64,000 nt of DNA from an uncultured Gemmatimonadales bacterium (GCA_963730185.1 CAVSQW010000002.1:190442-254441); one strand, 5' to 3'. Counted from the first letter of the stretch, positions 40,752-50,839 are shown. A program made the numbers and translations. The notes: generated by a model from the letters alone, not told the origin.

Positions 40752-43078
40752 TGCTCGCGTCGCTCCTCCTCCTGCTCCAGGCGGCCCAGTCGCCGATCGC
40801 GATCACCGCCACCGCCGAGCCCGGCCGAGTGGCCGTGGGCGAGGAGGTGGTGCTGACGGTCGAGGCCCGGACCACCCTTACCGGGCCGATCTCGGCGGAG
40901 ATCACCGCGCCACCGGGTTTGGATCTGATCGGTCGGAGCGAGCGGGTCGACCCGGCGATCCAGCCGGCGGCCGGCCGGGTTTACCGCCTCGAGCTCCGGC
41001 TCCGGGCCCGCCAGGTCGGCACTTGGCGCTTCGGCTCGGCCGTGCTGTTCGTCGGGGGCGTGCCGGAGATCATTCCCGACGTGGTGGTGACGGTGTCGGG
41101 GAGCGGATACTCGGTGACCTCCGCCCCGTCGGTGCGGCTGATCCACCTGATCCAGCGAGCGCCGCCTCCCCGGGCGGTGCCCGGCGCCACCTTGGCCGTC
41201 GTCGTCTCCGCCAAGCAGGTGTACCGCGGCCAGCAGCTCGACGTCCTCACCGCCGCCTGGTTTCCCCGGTCGATCCGTGCCCGGCTCCGCCGAGCGCCGA
41301 CCCTCAAGCCGCCGGTGCTGGACGGCGTGTGGTCCATTCAGCAGCGGGCCGTCTCGGGGATCGTCTCGAGCATGACGGTGGGCGACGAGACGTACGACCT
41401 CTTCGTGAGTCATCAGGTGGTCTTCCCGCTCTCGGCCGGGCCGCTGACCATTCCCCCCGCCCGGGTGGAGTACACCGTGCCGGCGTCCCGCCGTTCCGCC
41501 TCGGGCGAGCGGCCGGTGGAGGCCGCCAGCGACCCAGTGACCGTCGACGTGCTCGATCTCCCGGCCAGCGGCCGACCGGCCGGATTCCGGGGGCCGGTGG
41601 CTCAGGACGTCCGGATCGGGTACCGGATCGATCGGCTGCCGGCTCGAGCCGGCGACCCGCTGCCGGTGTCCGTCAACGTCAGCGGCTCGGGCAACTTGGC
41701 CTTCTGGCCGCCGCCCGGCGTGGACTGGCCCCCAGGCACTCGGGCGTACCTGGACGGGATCGACGACGACTCCCGCTCGAACGACGGTGTGCTGGGTGGA
41801 CTCCGGACCTTTCGGTTCCTGCTCCTGCCCGACAGCGCGGGCAGTCTCGCCCTGCCCGCGCTCACCTACGGGTACTTCGATCCGGACCGCCAGGGTTACC
41901 GCGAAGCCACCGCGGGCGGGCTGGTGATTCCGGTGCTGGAGCCCGACCCCTCGGCGACCCGACGTGACCCCGTGCCGCTCGTCGCGCCTCGCCGGGACTG
42001 GCCTCGGCTGATCGACGGCTTCCAACCGAGCCGGTCCACGTGGTGGTGGCTGGCGGCCGCCCTGCCGGTCCTGCCCCTGCTGGCCGTCGCGTGGTGGCGC
42101 CGCCGCCGCACCGCCGGCACCCGGCGGGCGCCGCCCCGCCTCGGGCCGATCGCGGCGCTGGAGCAGGTGATTCTCCGCCTGGCGCCGACGGCCGAACCGG
42201 CCCGGCCGGGCGCGGTCGCGGCCGAGCTCCGCCGGGCGGGGGTGGAACGTGACCTGGCCGAGGAGCTGGCCCGCCTCCGGGAGCAGGTCGATGAGGCTCG
42301 CTTCGGCCCGGCCGGCGAGCGAACCACGCCGCTCGGGGCGACCACCGGCGCGCTCAAGCGACTGACCGCGCCGCTCCGCAGGCGGGTGGGGCTTCTGGTG
42401 TTGCTGGCCGCGGCCGCCACGGTCGGGTCGGAGGCTCAGACCCCGACCAAGACACCGGACCCGACGGCGCTTTACCAGCAGGGCGCCTACGGCCCGGCCG
42501 CGCGGGCGTTCCGAGCCGCCGCCGAGGCCGACCCGGCGAGCTGGCAGCGCTGGTACGACCTGGCCGCCGCCGAATATCTCGCCGGGCACGACGCCGCGGC
42601 GGCCGGGGCCCTGGTGCGGAGCCGGGAACTCGCGCCCCGGGCGCTCGAGCCGCGGCGCCTCTGGGGAACCTTGGAGCGAGGGCACGAGCCGCTGCACGAG
42701 GCGGCGCCCAAGCTGCCGCTCTCGAGGAGTGAGGGCTGGCTGGCCGTGCTGGCCCTCTGGTGGCTCGCGGCCATCGTCCTCGTCGTCCGCCCCCGGCCGG
42801 CCTGGCTCCGGCGGACGCCGCTCGCGCTCGCGCTGGCGGCCTTGGCCTTGATCTTGGTGGCTGGCCGGTCGGGACCCGATCCGGTGGGCTTTACCCGGGG
42901 CCAGGTCGCCCTCAGGGTCTCGCCGCACGGCCTCGCGCCCGAACGCGGCGGCCTGCCCGCGCTCACCCGAGTCTGGATCGAACGGCGGGACGGCGACTGG
43001 CTCCTGGTTCGCGATCACCTCGCCAACCGGGGCTGGATCGCGGCCTCGGCGGTCGCCCCGGTCCGGGGATTAGATTGA
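40751..43078 (+). CDS. BatD-BatE fusion (BatD domains, TM, TPR, SH3b)
   Basis: SGSGNL, YFDP, TM, TPR (WYDLAAA), SH3-like WLLVR...GWI. Confidence 0.78.
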   Translation: MLASLLLLLQAAQSPIAITATAEPGRVAVGEEVVLTVEARTTLTGPISAEITAPPGLDLIGRSERVDPAIQPAAGRVYRLELRLRARQVGTWRFGSAVLFVGGVPEIIPDVVVTVSGSGYSVTSAPSVRLIHLIQRAPPPRAVPGATLAVVVSAKQVYRGQQLDVLTAAWFPRSIRARLRRAPTLKPPVLDGVWSIQQRAVSGIVSSMTVGDETYDLFVSHQVVFPLSAGPLTIPPARVEYTVPASRRSASGERPVEAASDPVTVDVLDLPASGRPAGFRGPVAQDVRIGYRIDRLPARAGDPLPVSVNVSGSGNLAFWPPPGVDWPPGTRAYLDGIDDDSRSNDGVLGGLRTFRFLLLPDSAGSLALPALTYGYFDPDRQGYREATAGGLVIPVLEPDPSATRRDPVPLVAPRRDWPRLIDGFQPSRSTWWWLAAALPVLPLLAVAWWRRRRTAGTRRAPPRLGPIAALEQVILRLAPTAEPARPGAVAAELRRAGVERDLAEELARLREQVDEARFGPAGERTTPLGATTGALKRLTAPLRRRVGLLVLLAAAATVGSEAQTPTKTPDPTALYQQGAYGPAARAFRAAAEADPASWQRWYDLAAAEYLAGHDAAAAGALVRSRELAPRALEPRRLWGTLERGHEPLHEAAPKLPLSRSEGWLAVLALWWLAAIVLVVRPRPAWLRRTPLALALAALALILVAGRSGPDPVGFTRGQVALRVSPHGLAPERGGLPALTRVWIERRDGDWLLVRDHLANRGWIAASAVAPVRGLD

Positions 43079-43134
43079 GCCTTCGCCCCGTGGCACCCGG
43101 GGCCCGCTCGGCTTCTCCCGATCCCGGTCCGCCC

Positions 43135-44889
43135 ATGCCCTCGCCTCGACGTGTCGCCGTGCTGCCCGATGCGGTCGCGAATCAGATCGCGGCCGGCGAG
43201 GTGGTGGAGCGGCCCGCGTCGGTGGTGAAGGAGTTGGTCGAGAACGCCCTGGACGCCGGCGCCACTCGAGTCCGGATCGAGCTCACCGACGGGGGCAAGG
43301 CCGCCATCGTGGTCAGCGACGACGGCTCCGGAATGAGCCGGGACGACGCAATCCTCGCCCTCGACCGCCACGCCACCAGCAAGATCACCAGCGCCGCCGA
43401 CCTGATCGGGGTGAGCAGCTTCGGCTTTCGGGGCGAGGCCCTGCCCGCGATCGCCTCGGTAGCCCGCTTCACGCTGGCCACCTCGGATGGCGACGGCACC
43501 GGGACTGAGATCGCAGTCACCGGCGGCCGGGTCGACCGGGTCGAGCCGGTCGCCCGCCAGCGGGGCACGACGGTGACCGTCCGAAGCCTCTTCTTCAACA
43601 CCCCGGCCCGGCGAAAATTCCTGCGCTCGGTCTCGAGCGAAGGGCGGGTGGCCTGGGAGGCCGTCTCGGTCCTGGCGCTGGCTCATCCGGCGGCCGGCTT
43701 CGAGCTCACCATCGACGGCACCGCCCGGCTCGTGGCGGAGCCGGGGCAGGCGGCGACCGAGCGGGTGGCGACCGTCTGGGGGCGTGATCTGGCCGGAACC
43801 CTGATCGAAGTCGGTTACGCGGTCGGGAGCGTCAGGGTCGAGGGCCTGATCCAACGACCTGCCGATGCCAAGCCGACCGGACGGCGGGTCCAGCTCTTCG
43901 TGAACGGCCGGCCCTTCCGCGACCACTTCCTGATCCGGGCAGCCGAAGCCGGCTACCGGACCGCGATCGCCCCGGGCGACCGACCCAGCGTGCTGCTCCA
44001 CCTCGACGTCCCCGTCCAGGACGTGGACGTGAACGTGCACCCGACCAAGCTGGAGGTGCGTTTCCGCCAGCGGTTCCAAGTCGAGCGCGCCGTCGAGGAG
44101 GCGGTTCGCGATGCCCTGGGACGGCTCAGCGCGTCCGCCAACCTGGGTGGCGGGACGGCGAGCGGCGGACCGCGGGGCGGAGCGGTGCAATCCGGCCACC
44201 CGTCGGGCAGCGGGGCCGAGCCGCCACCCGATCTCCTGTTTGCCGATCCGACGCTGGGAACGACCGACCCGACCGCCGGCCACCTCACCGAGGCGGGGGG
44301 TGCGGAGCACCGGGCCCGATCGTTCGGAACGGTTCTGCAACTTTTCAACACTTACCTGACCTTTCAGGTGTCGGATGGGATCGTAATCGTCGATCAACAT
44401 TCGGCTCACGAGCGGGTCCTCTACGAGGACACGATGGCCGCCCTCGGCGACGGGCTCGCGTCCAGTCAACGCCTGCTGCTGCCAATCACGGTCGAGCTGA
44501 CCGACGAAGAGTTGGACCAGGTCGAGACCTTCGGCGAGCTGCTAAACCGGATCGGGTTCGAGGTCGAGCCGTTCGGAGGCCGCACGGTGGTGCTGCAGGC
44601 GGTCCCGTCGCCACACCCCCGGTTCGACGCCACGGCTTGCTTTCGGGAGATCGTCTCCGACCTGGCGCGGGGTCGTTTCGGAGGCTGGTCCAACCGGCTG
44701 GAGCGGTTCGTGGCCACCTACGCCTGCCGGGCGGCCGTGAAGGCGGGGACGGCGTTGAGCGAGCCCGAGATGCGGGCCCTGCTGGTCCGGCTGTTCGAGA
44801 CCGAGCTGCCGCCGCACGACGTGCACGGCCGCTCAACCATCGTGAAGCTGCCGCTCGACGAGTTGGAGCGTCGGTTTGGCCGGCGATAG
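43135..44889 (+). CDS. mutL: DNA mismatch repair endonuclease MutL
   Basis: NQIAAGEVVERPASVVKELVEN, GFRGEAL, DVNVHPTK, DQHSAHERVLYE, ACRAAVK. Confidence 0.97.
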   Translation: MPSPRRVAVLPDAVANQIAAGEVVERPASVVKELVENALDAGATRVRIELTDGGKAAIVVSDDGSGMSRDDAILALDRHATSKITSAADLIGVSSFGFRGEALPAIASVARFTLATSDGDGTGTEIAVTGGRVDRVEPVARQRGTTVTVRSLFFNTPARRKFLRSVSSEGRVAWEAVSVLALAHPAAGFELTIDGTARLVAEPGQAATERVATVWGRDLAGTLIEVGYAVGSVRVEGLIQRPADAKPTGRRVQLFVNGRPFRDHFLIRAAEAGYRTAIAPGDRPSVLLHLDVPVQDVDVNVHPTKLEVRFRQRFQVERAVEEAVRDALGRLSASANLGGGTASGGPRGGAVQSGHPSGSGAEPPPDLLFADPTLGTTDPTAGHLTEAGGAEHRARSFGTVLQLFNTYLTFQVSDGIVIVDQHSAHERVLYEDTMAALGDGLASSQRLLLPITVELTDEELDQVETFGELLNRIGFEVEPFGGRTVVLQAVPSPHPRFDATACFREIVSDLARGRFGGWSNRLERFVATYACRAAVKAGTALSEPEMRALLVRLFETELPPHDVHGRSTIVKLPLDELERRFGRR

Positions 44890-45817
44890 GGTCCCGATCA
44901 TCCTGGGCCCGACGGCCGTCGGCAAGACGGCGGTGGCCTTGGCGCTGGCCGAGCGCTGGTCGTTGGAGGTGATCTCGGCGGACTCCCGCCAAGTGTATCG
45001 GAGGCTGGACATCGGGACGGCCAAGCCCACCCGGCGGGAACGACAGCGGGTGCCGCATCTCGGCCTCGATCTGATCGACCCGGGGCACCGGTTCAGCGCC
45101 GGCCGCTTCGCCGGCCTGGCCGCCGGCTGGATCGACGAGGTCCGGGCCCGGGGCCGTCAGCCGGTCGTGGTCGGGGGAACCGGTCTCTACGTCCGGGCCT
45201 TGGTAGAAGGACTGTTCGTCGAGCCGCCGTTCGATCCGGAGCGTCGCCGGGTCCTGGAGGCGTGGGTGTCGGGTCTGGCCGCCGCCGACCTGGTGCGCTG
45301 GGCCGGGCGGCTGGACCGGGGGTTTCGGGGCGGGGGACGCCAGCGGGCGGCGCGGGCCATCGAGATTGCCCTTCTCTCGGGGCGGTCGCTGAGCTACTGG
45401 CAGGAGCACGCCCGGTCGGAGGGTGGGGTCGAGCCCTGGTACGTGGTGCTGTCGGCGCCCCGGCCGGTGCTCCATCGCCGGATCGAGGTCCGGGCCGAGG
45501 AGATGGTCCGCCGGGGGCTGATCGAGGAGGTGGCGTCGGTGCTGGCGGAAGGCCATCCGGCCGACGCGCCGGGCCTCGACGGGGTCGGCGTGCGCGAGGC
45601 GGTCGAGTATCTGCACGGCCACCGTCCGCGCGACACCGTGGCCGCGGCCGTCGCAACCGCCACCCGGCGCTACGCCAAGCGCCAGGAAACGTGGTTCCGC
45701 CATCAGCTCCGCCGGCCGGTGCTCGCGCTCGACGCGACCCGCCCGCCCGAGGTGCTGGCCGAGATCATCGCTACCGAATGGGCCGCCGCGCGGGTGGGCT
45801 CGGTCCAAGGAGAGTAA
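44876..45817 (+). CDS. miaA: tRNA dimethylallyltransferase
   Basis: GPTAVGKT, DSRQVYR, GGTGLY, YAKRQETWF. Confidence 0.96.
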   Translation: MAGDRVPIILGPTAVGKTAVALALAERWSLEVISADSRQVYRRLDIGTAKPTRRERQRVPHLGLDLIDPGHRFSAGRFAGLAAGWIDEVRARGRQPVVVGGTGLYVRALVEGLFVEPPFDPERRRVLEAWVSGLAAADLVRWAGRLDRGFRGGGRQRAARAIEIALLSGRSLSYWQEHARSEGGVEPWYVVLSAPRPVLHRRIEVRAEEMVRRGLIEEVASVLAEGHPADAPGLDGVGVREAVEYLHGHRPRDTVAAAVATATRRYAKRQETWFRHQLRRPVLALDATRPPEVLAEIIATEWAAARVGSVQGE

Positions 45818-45819
45818 TC

Positions 45820-46944
45820 GTGCGGATTGGGATCACCTGTTACCCCACCTACGGCGGGTCGGGGGCCCTGGCGACGGAGCTGGGGCTCGAGCTGGCTCAA
45901 CGCGGGCACGAGGTGCATTTCATCTCGTACGCGATGCCGTTCCGTCTCCAGGACTACGCCGAGCGGGTCTACTTCCACGAGGTGGACACCGTGACTGGCC
46001 GCTACCCGCTCTTCGACCATTACCCCTATACCCTCGCTTTGGCCAGCAAGCAGTACGAGGTGAGCCAGCGAGAGCGGCTCGACGTGCTCCACGTCCACTA
46101 CGCCATTCCCCATGCGACCACCGCGTTCCTGGCCCGCGAGATGCTCCTCGGTGAGCGTCGCCTGCCGGTCATCACCACGCTGCACGGGACCGACATCACG
46201 CTGGTGGGCCAGGAAGCCAGCTTCTACGCCATCACCAAGTTCTCGATCGAGCGGTCCGACCGGGTCACGGCGGTCTCCGAGTTCCTCAAGGCCGAGACGG
46301 TCCGGACCTTCGGCGTGCCGGACGAGTCGATCACCGTGATCCCCAACTTCGTGAACCTGAGCCAGTACCGTCCCGACGCCGCGGCCCGACGCGAGGGTCT
46401 GGCGCCACCGGGTTACAAGATCATTACCCACGCGTCGAACTTCCGCGAGGTCAAGCGGGTCCGCGACGTGATCCGGGTGTTCGCCCGGATCCGCCGGGCC
46501 ATGCCGGCTACCCTGGTGATGATCGGCGACGGCCCCGACCGCGACGACGCCGAGCGCGAGGCGCGCGACCTCAAGGTCGGGGATGACGTTCGCTTCCTGG
46601 GCCGGCTCGGCAACGTGGTGGAGCTGCTCCGGGCCAGCGACCTGTTTCTGTTGCCCTCCCAATCCGAGTCCTTCGGCCTCGCGGCCCTCGAAGCGATGGC
46701 CTGCGGCGCCCCGGTGGTGGGGAGCCGGTCCGGCGGGCTGCTCGAGGTCGTGCAGGACGACGTGTCGGGGGTACTGGAGCCGCCCGGCTCGGTCGAAGCG
46801 ATGGGCCGCCGCGCGATGGAGCTGCTCCGCGACCCCGCTCGTCACGAAGCCATGCGCGAAGCCGCCATCGCCCGGGCCCACGATTTTTCGGCCGACCAGA
46901 TGGTGCCCCGCTACGAGGCGCTCTACGAGGAGTCCCTTCGATGA
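45820..46944 (+). CDS. bshA: N-acetyl-alpha-D-glucosaminyl L-malate synthase
   Basis: IGITCYPTYGGSG, HVHYAIPH, TLHGTD, SNFREVKR, ESFGLAALEAM. Confidence 0.93.
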   Translation: MRIGITCYPTYGGSGALATELGLELAQRGHEVHFISYAMPFRLQDYAERVYFHEVDTVTGRYPLFDHYPYTLALASKQYEVSQRERLDVLHVHYAIPHATTAFLAREMLLGERRLPVITTLHGTDITLVGQEASFYAITKFSIERSDRVTAVSEFLKAETVRTFGVPDESITVIPNFVNLSQYRPDAAARREGLAPPGYKIITHASNFREVKRVRDVIRVFARIRRAMPATLVMIGDGPDRDDAEREARDLKVGDDVRFLGRLGNVVELLRASDLFLLPSQSESFGLAALEAMACGAPVVGSRSGGLLEVVQDDVSGVLEPPGSVEAMGRRAMELLRDPARHEAMREAAIARAHDFSADQMVPRYEALYEESLR

Positions 46945-47735
46945 ACCTCACCTGGTGGCAGGGGCTGCTCCTCGGACTGGTGCAGGGCCTGACCGAGTTC
47001 CTCCCGATCTCGAGCTCGGGGCACCTGGTCGTGGCGGAGCGACTGGTGGGCTTCCAGTCGCAAGGGGTGTTCTTCGAAGTGATCGTGCACGTGGCGACCC
47101 TGCTCTCGGTCCTGATCGCCTACCGGCGCCGGATCGCCGAGCTCATCCAGGGGCTGTTGCGCGGCAGCCGGGGCGCGTTCGGCTACGTCGGGCTCCTGAT
47201 CGTCGCGACGATCCCGGCCGGCGTGGCCGGGGTCCTGCTTCGGGACTATTTCGAGGCCAGCTTCCACTCCCCGGCCCGGCTCGGGTGGATGTTCCTCCTG
47301 ACCGCCGTGGTGCTCTGGAGCACCCGGTTCACGGTCGACCGGGCCAAGCAGTCCACCATCACCATCGGCCGGGCGCTCCTGATCGGCCTGGCGCAGGCGT
47401 TCGCGATCGTGCCCGCCATCTCGCGGTCGGGAAGCACCATCGCGGCCGCGCTCTGGACCGGAGTGGCGCCGGCGGTCGCGGCGGAGTTCTCGTTCCTGAT
47501 GGCCATCGTGGTGATCGCCGGAAGCGGGCTGCTCGAGGCCCGGCACATTCCGCCCGGCGTGAGCCTGGTGTCGCCCGGGGTGATCTGGGCCTTCCTGGCG
47601 GCGATGGTCTCAGGCGTCGCGGCGATCAAGCTCCTGGTGGCGCTGCTCCGGAGCAGCCGGTTCCATCTCTTCGCTCCGTACTGCGCGGCGGTCGGCGTCT
47701 TCTGCCTGGTGTGGTTCGGTCTCCTCGGCCACTAG
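46941..47735 (+). CDS. uppP: Undecaprenyl-diphosphate phosphatase
   Basis: GLTEFLPISSSGH, PAISRSGSTI, AEFSFL. Confidence 0.96.
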   Translation: MNLTWWQGLLLGLVQGLTEFLPISSSGHLVVAERLVGFQSQGVFFEVIVHVATLLSVLIAYRRRIAELIQGLLRGSRGAFGYVGLLIVATIPAGVAGVLLRDYFEASFHSPARLGWMFLLTAVVLWSTRFTVDRAKQSTITIGRALLIGLAQAFAIVPAISRSGSTIAAALWTGVAPAVAAEFSFLMAIVVIAGSGLLEARHIPPGVSLVSPGVIWAFLAAMVSGVAAIKLLVALLRSSRFHLFAPYCAAVGVFCLVWFGLLGH

Positions 47736-47744
47736 GCCGGCCGG

Positions 47745-48464
47745 ATGATCGAGTGGCACGACCGACTCCCGTCGACCCAGGACCGGGCCCACGAGCGGGC
47801 CGCGGCCGGCGCCCCGCATGGGACCGCGGTCGCGGCCCGGGTCCAGACCGGCGGGCGGGGAACCCGAGGCCGGGTCTGGGCCTCGCCCGAGGGCGGGCTG
47901 TGGATCAGCGTGGTGGCGCGGCCGGCCCGGCCCGCGTCGGTCGAGTGCGCCAGCCTCCGGATCGGCCTCGCCTTGGCCCCGGCGCTCGAGTCGATCGCCG
48001 GGCTCGACCCGGGCGTCGTCCAGCTCAAATGGCCTAACGATCTCTTCGTGGCCGATCGGAAGCTCGGTGGGGTTCTGACCGAGGCCCGGTGGCAGGGCGA
48101 GACGCCGGCCTGGCTGGTTGCCGGGATCGGGCTCAACGTTCGGAACCCGCTGCCCCCCGACTTGCCCGCCACGCGCCTGGCCGATCACGCGCCGGACCTG
48201 GCGCCCGAGGCCCTGGCCCAGCCGGTGGTCGAAGCGGTGTTGGGAGCGTTGGCGCGGGGTGGCCCGCTCGACCCGGCCGAGCTCCAGTCCTTTGCCGAGC
48301 GCGACTGGCTCTGCGGCCGGGAGCTCTCGGCGCCGGTGGCGGGCCGGGCCGCCGGGGTGGCGCCCAGCGGACACCTGTTGGTGGCCGCCGCCGACGGCCG
48401 CCTGGCCCCGGTGAGCGAGACCGTCACCCTGGCGGGCTTGGCTCCAGGTGGCGGAAGTCGTTAG
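47745..48464 (+). CDS. birA: Biotin--[acetyl-CoA-carboxylase] ligase (no HTH)
   Basis: STQD, QTGGRGTRGRVW, KWPND, KLGGVL, GIGLN. Confidence 0.92.
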   Translation: MIEWHDRLPSTQDRAHERAAAGAPHGTAVAARVQTGGRGTRGRVWASPEGGLWISVVARPARPASVECASLRIGLALAPALESIAGLDPGVVQLKWPNDLFVADRKLGGVLTEARWQGETPAWLVAGIGLNVRNPLPPDLPATRLADHAPDLAPEALAQPVVEAVLGALARGGPLDPAELQSFAERDWLCGRELSAPVAGRAAGVAPSGHLLVAAADGRLAPVSETVTLAGLAPGGGSR

Positions 48465-48494
48465 AATACCGTCCGTTCCCCGTTCGGAGCTTCC

Positions 48495-49124
48495 ATGACG
48501 TCTGCCGTTCAAGCGGCCCCCGAGGCCGATTACACCGACCTTCGACACGTCATCCGCTCGGCCGTCGGGCTGGCCGTCATGCAGTCGGCCGTGGTGGCCG
48601 CCCTGGCGATCGTCAGCCGCCGAGTGGGTGGGACAGCGGGCATCGGGCTCGAGGCGGTGCTCCTCATCCTGGGCGTGGCCATCACCATCGCCCTGCCGGG
48701 CACCCTGACTCGCGCCCGCACCATTGAAGGCATCGCCGGCGCCGCCGGGATCGGGCTCGCGTCGACCGTCGTGTTCCTCCTCATCGACGTGTCGATCTTC
48801 CAGCCGCTCGGACTCTGGGGCAATCGGTGGCTCGAGATCGGCGGCGGCAGCAACTGGTGGTACCATCCGGTGTGGTGGATGGTCGGCACCTACATGCCGT
48901 GGATGGGCGCCTTCGTGCTCGCCAATCAGACGGCCCGGTCGGGCCGGCCCAACCAGCTCGCCCTGGTGCTCTTCACCCTCGCCTTGGCGGCGATCATCAT
49001 GGTGGTCGCGACGATGATCCACTTCCCGGGCGCCGCCTACGGTGTCGGGACGTTCGGGATCAGCGTGCTGCCGGCACTCGCGGTCCTGACCACGATCACC
49101 AGCATCGGAGCGCGCCGCGGGTGA
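48495..49124 (+). CDS. Hypothetical membrane protein (~6 TM)
   Basis: Hydrophobic ORF with loop RWLEIGGGSNWWYHPVWWM; TAGAAT and GGAG upstream. Confidence 0.75.
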   Translation: MTSAVQAAPEADYTDLRHVIRSAVGLAVMQSAVVAALAIVSRRVGGTAGIGLEAVLLILGVAITIALPGTLTRARTIEGIAGAAGIGLASTVVFLLIDVSIFQPLGLWGNRWLEIGGGSNWWYHPVWWMVGTYMPWMGAFVLANQTARSGRPNQLALVLFTLALAAIIMVVATMIHFPGAAYGVGTFGISVLPALAVLTTITSIGARRG

Positions 49125-49125
49125 G

Positions 49126-49419
49126 ATGACTGCCGTCCGCTTCGTCCTGCGTTTCTTCGGTTGGCTGCTCACGCCGTTCGTGGCGTGGGCAGCTTCGTTT
49201 CTGGGGGCCACGGCCGGCGCGGTGGTGGGGCGCGGCCTTCCGGCGACCACCGGATTGATCGTCGCGGTCGTGCTGGGCGGCGCGGCCGCCCTGCTGGCGC
49301 TGATCGTCTGGCTCCGATTGCTCCGTCGTTCGCCGCGGCTCCAGAAGGCGCTCGAGGTCTCGGGCGACGGCACCCCAGTGGTGGCGCTCGAGCGCTCGAC
49401 CGAGGAGGTCGACTCATGA
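49126..49419 (+). CDS. Small membrane protein
   Basis: Two hydrophobic helices; tightly packed between neighbours. Confidence 0.65.
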   Translation: MTAVRFVLRFFGWLLTPFVAWAASFLGATAGAVVGRGLPATTGLIVAVVLGGAAALLALIVWLRLLRRSPRLQKALEVSGDGTPVVALERSTEEVDS

Positions 49420-49838
49420 CCCGGTATCTCCCTCTGACCATGGTCGCGTCCCTGGCCGGGGCCTGGGGCTGTGGTGGCGCTCACCCCGCGCCGCCTCCGG
49501 CGGCCGACTCGTCGGCGCCGCCGGTCGCGGCCTCACCCCACGGAAACGGCGAGACGCCGAGCGATTCCTTGGTCCTCACCACCCCCGCCGGCTACCAGAT
49601 CTGGTTCACCTCGGCGCGTCTGGCGGTGGATTCGAAGGGCCAGACCTGTGTCGAGCGGGGCGTGGAAGTCCGGATCGACACCACCCGCACGGTGGTGCCG
49701 CTCCTGTTCACCAACCGGGCGCCCCGCCTGGTCGATCCCGGCCACGTCCGGGCGGAACTGATGAGGCATTGCGCGGTGGTGGCGACCTACTCGGTCGATC
49801 TCGCCACCGCTCGCCCCACCAAGATTTCCGACCGGTGA
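49416..49838 (+). CDS. Hypothetical lipoprotein
   Basis: MTRYLPLTMVASLAGAWGC lipobox-like; SD GAGGAGG; ATGA overlap. Confidence 0.65.
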   Translation: MTRYLPLTMVASLAGAWGCGGAHPAPPPAADSSAPPVAASPHGNGETPSDSLVLTTPAGYQIWFTSARLAVDSKGQTCVERGVEVRIDTTRTVVPLLFTNRAPRLVDPGHVRAELMRHCAVVATYSVDLATARPTKISDR

Positions 49839-50839
49839 GGCTGGGACGCGCGGGATGGCTGCTGCTCGCCTCGGCGACGCTGGCGCCGGCCCCGGCCGGT
49901 GCCCAGAGCGTCAGCGTCGCGGCGTCACGCTGGCTCACCGACCCGCGCGTGATGGACTATCGGATCTCGGTCATGCGCTACGGCGTTGGCCCGGTGGCCT
50001 TCCGTCCCTACGCCCAGCTGGCGCTCCAGGGGCCGACGGCCGGTGGCGCGTCGCTGGTCGGGATCGGTGGAGACCTCACCATCCGATTGGGCGCACGGGC
50101 CCGTCCCTACCTGGTGGGTGGCGTGAGCGGCGGGTTTCTCGACTTCGACCGAAAGCTCGGCCTCGGTCTCTGGGGCGGCTGGTCGGCCGGTCTAGGATAC
50201 GAGCTCTTTCGGGTCGGCCCGGTCGGTCTTGGGGTCGAGACCCGTTACCAGATGCTGTCTCGGGAGCGGACCGGCGGCATCTCGATCGGGCTCCGGCTCG
50301 GCGCGCCGGTGGGGCGGGGCGGCGACGCCGCCGGGCCGGGTCCGACCGCGCCCGCCCGGTCCGACGGGAACCGGCCGGCGGAGGCGACGCCCCCAGCCGC
50401 GAGTCCCGACCGGGCGGCGTCCGCCGTCCCGAACCTGCCGGCCGGTGCCGCCCGGGACGTGGTGAACGCCGCCCTGGACGCGATGGGCACTCCCTATCGC
50501 TGGGGTGGGACCGACGCCAACGGGTTCGACTGCTCGGGCCTGATCGTGTATGCGTATGCCCAAGTAGGCCTCGAGCTGCCCCGGCGGAGCGTCGATCAGG
50601 CCCGCGCGGGCCGGCCGGTCATCCCCCAGGTCACCGACCTCGCCCCGGGCGACATTCTGGCCTTCAGCGCGACCGTCGGTGGGGCGGTGAGCCACGTGGG
50701 GCTCTACCTGGGCGACGGCCGATTCGTGCACAGCGCGTCGAGCGGAGTGAGGATCAGCCGCCTCTCGATGGATGATCCGGACGGCCGCTGGTGGTACGAG
50801 CGGTGGATCGCCGCGAGACGGGTTCTGAGTGGTGAATAG
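49835..50839 (+). CDS. Beta-barrel-like domain fused to NlpC/P60 (C40) peptidase
   Basis: Signal peptide AGA-Q; amphipathic beta strands; Pro/Ala linker; GTPYRWGG, GFDCSG, HVGLY, FVHS. Confidence 0.85.
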   Translation: MRLGRAGWLLLASATLAPAPAGAQSVSVAASRWLTDPRVMDYRISVMRYGVGPVAFRPYAQLALQGPTAGGASLVGIGGDLTIRLGARARPYLVGGVSGGFLDFDRKLGLGLWGGWSAGLGYELFRVGPVGLGVETRYQMLSRERTGGISIGLRLGAPVGRGGDAAGPGPTAPARSDGNRPAEATPPAASPDRAASAVPNLPAGAARDVVNAALDAMGTPYRWGGTDANGFDCSGLIVYAYAQVGLELPRRSVDQARAGRPVIPQVTDLAPGDILAFSATVGGAVSHVGLYLGDGRFVHSASSGVRISRLSMDDPDGRWWYERWIAARRVLSGE

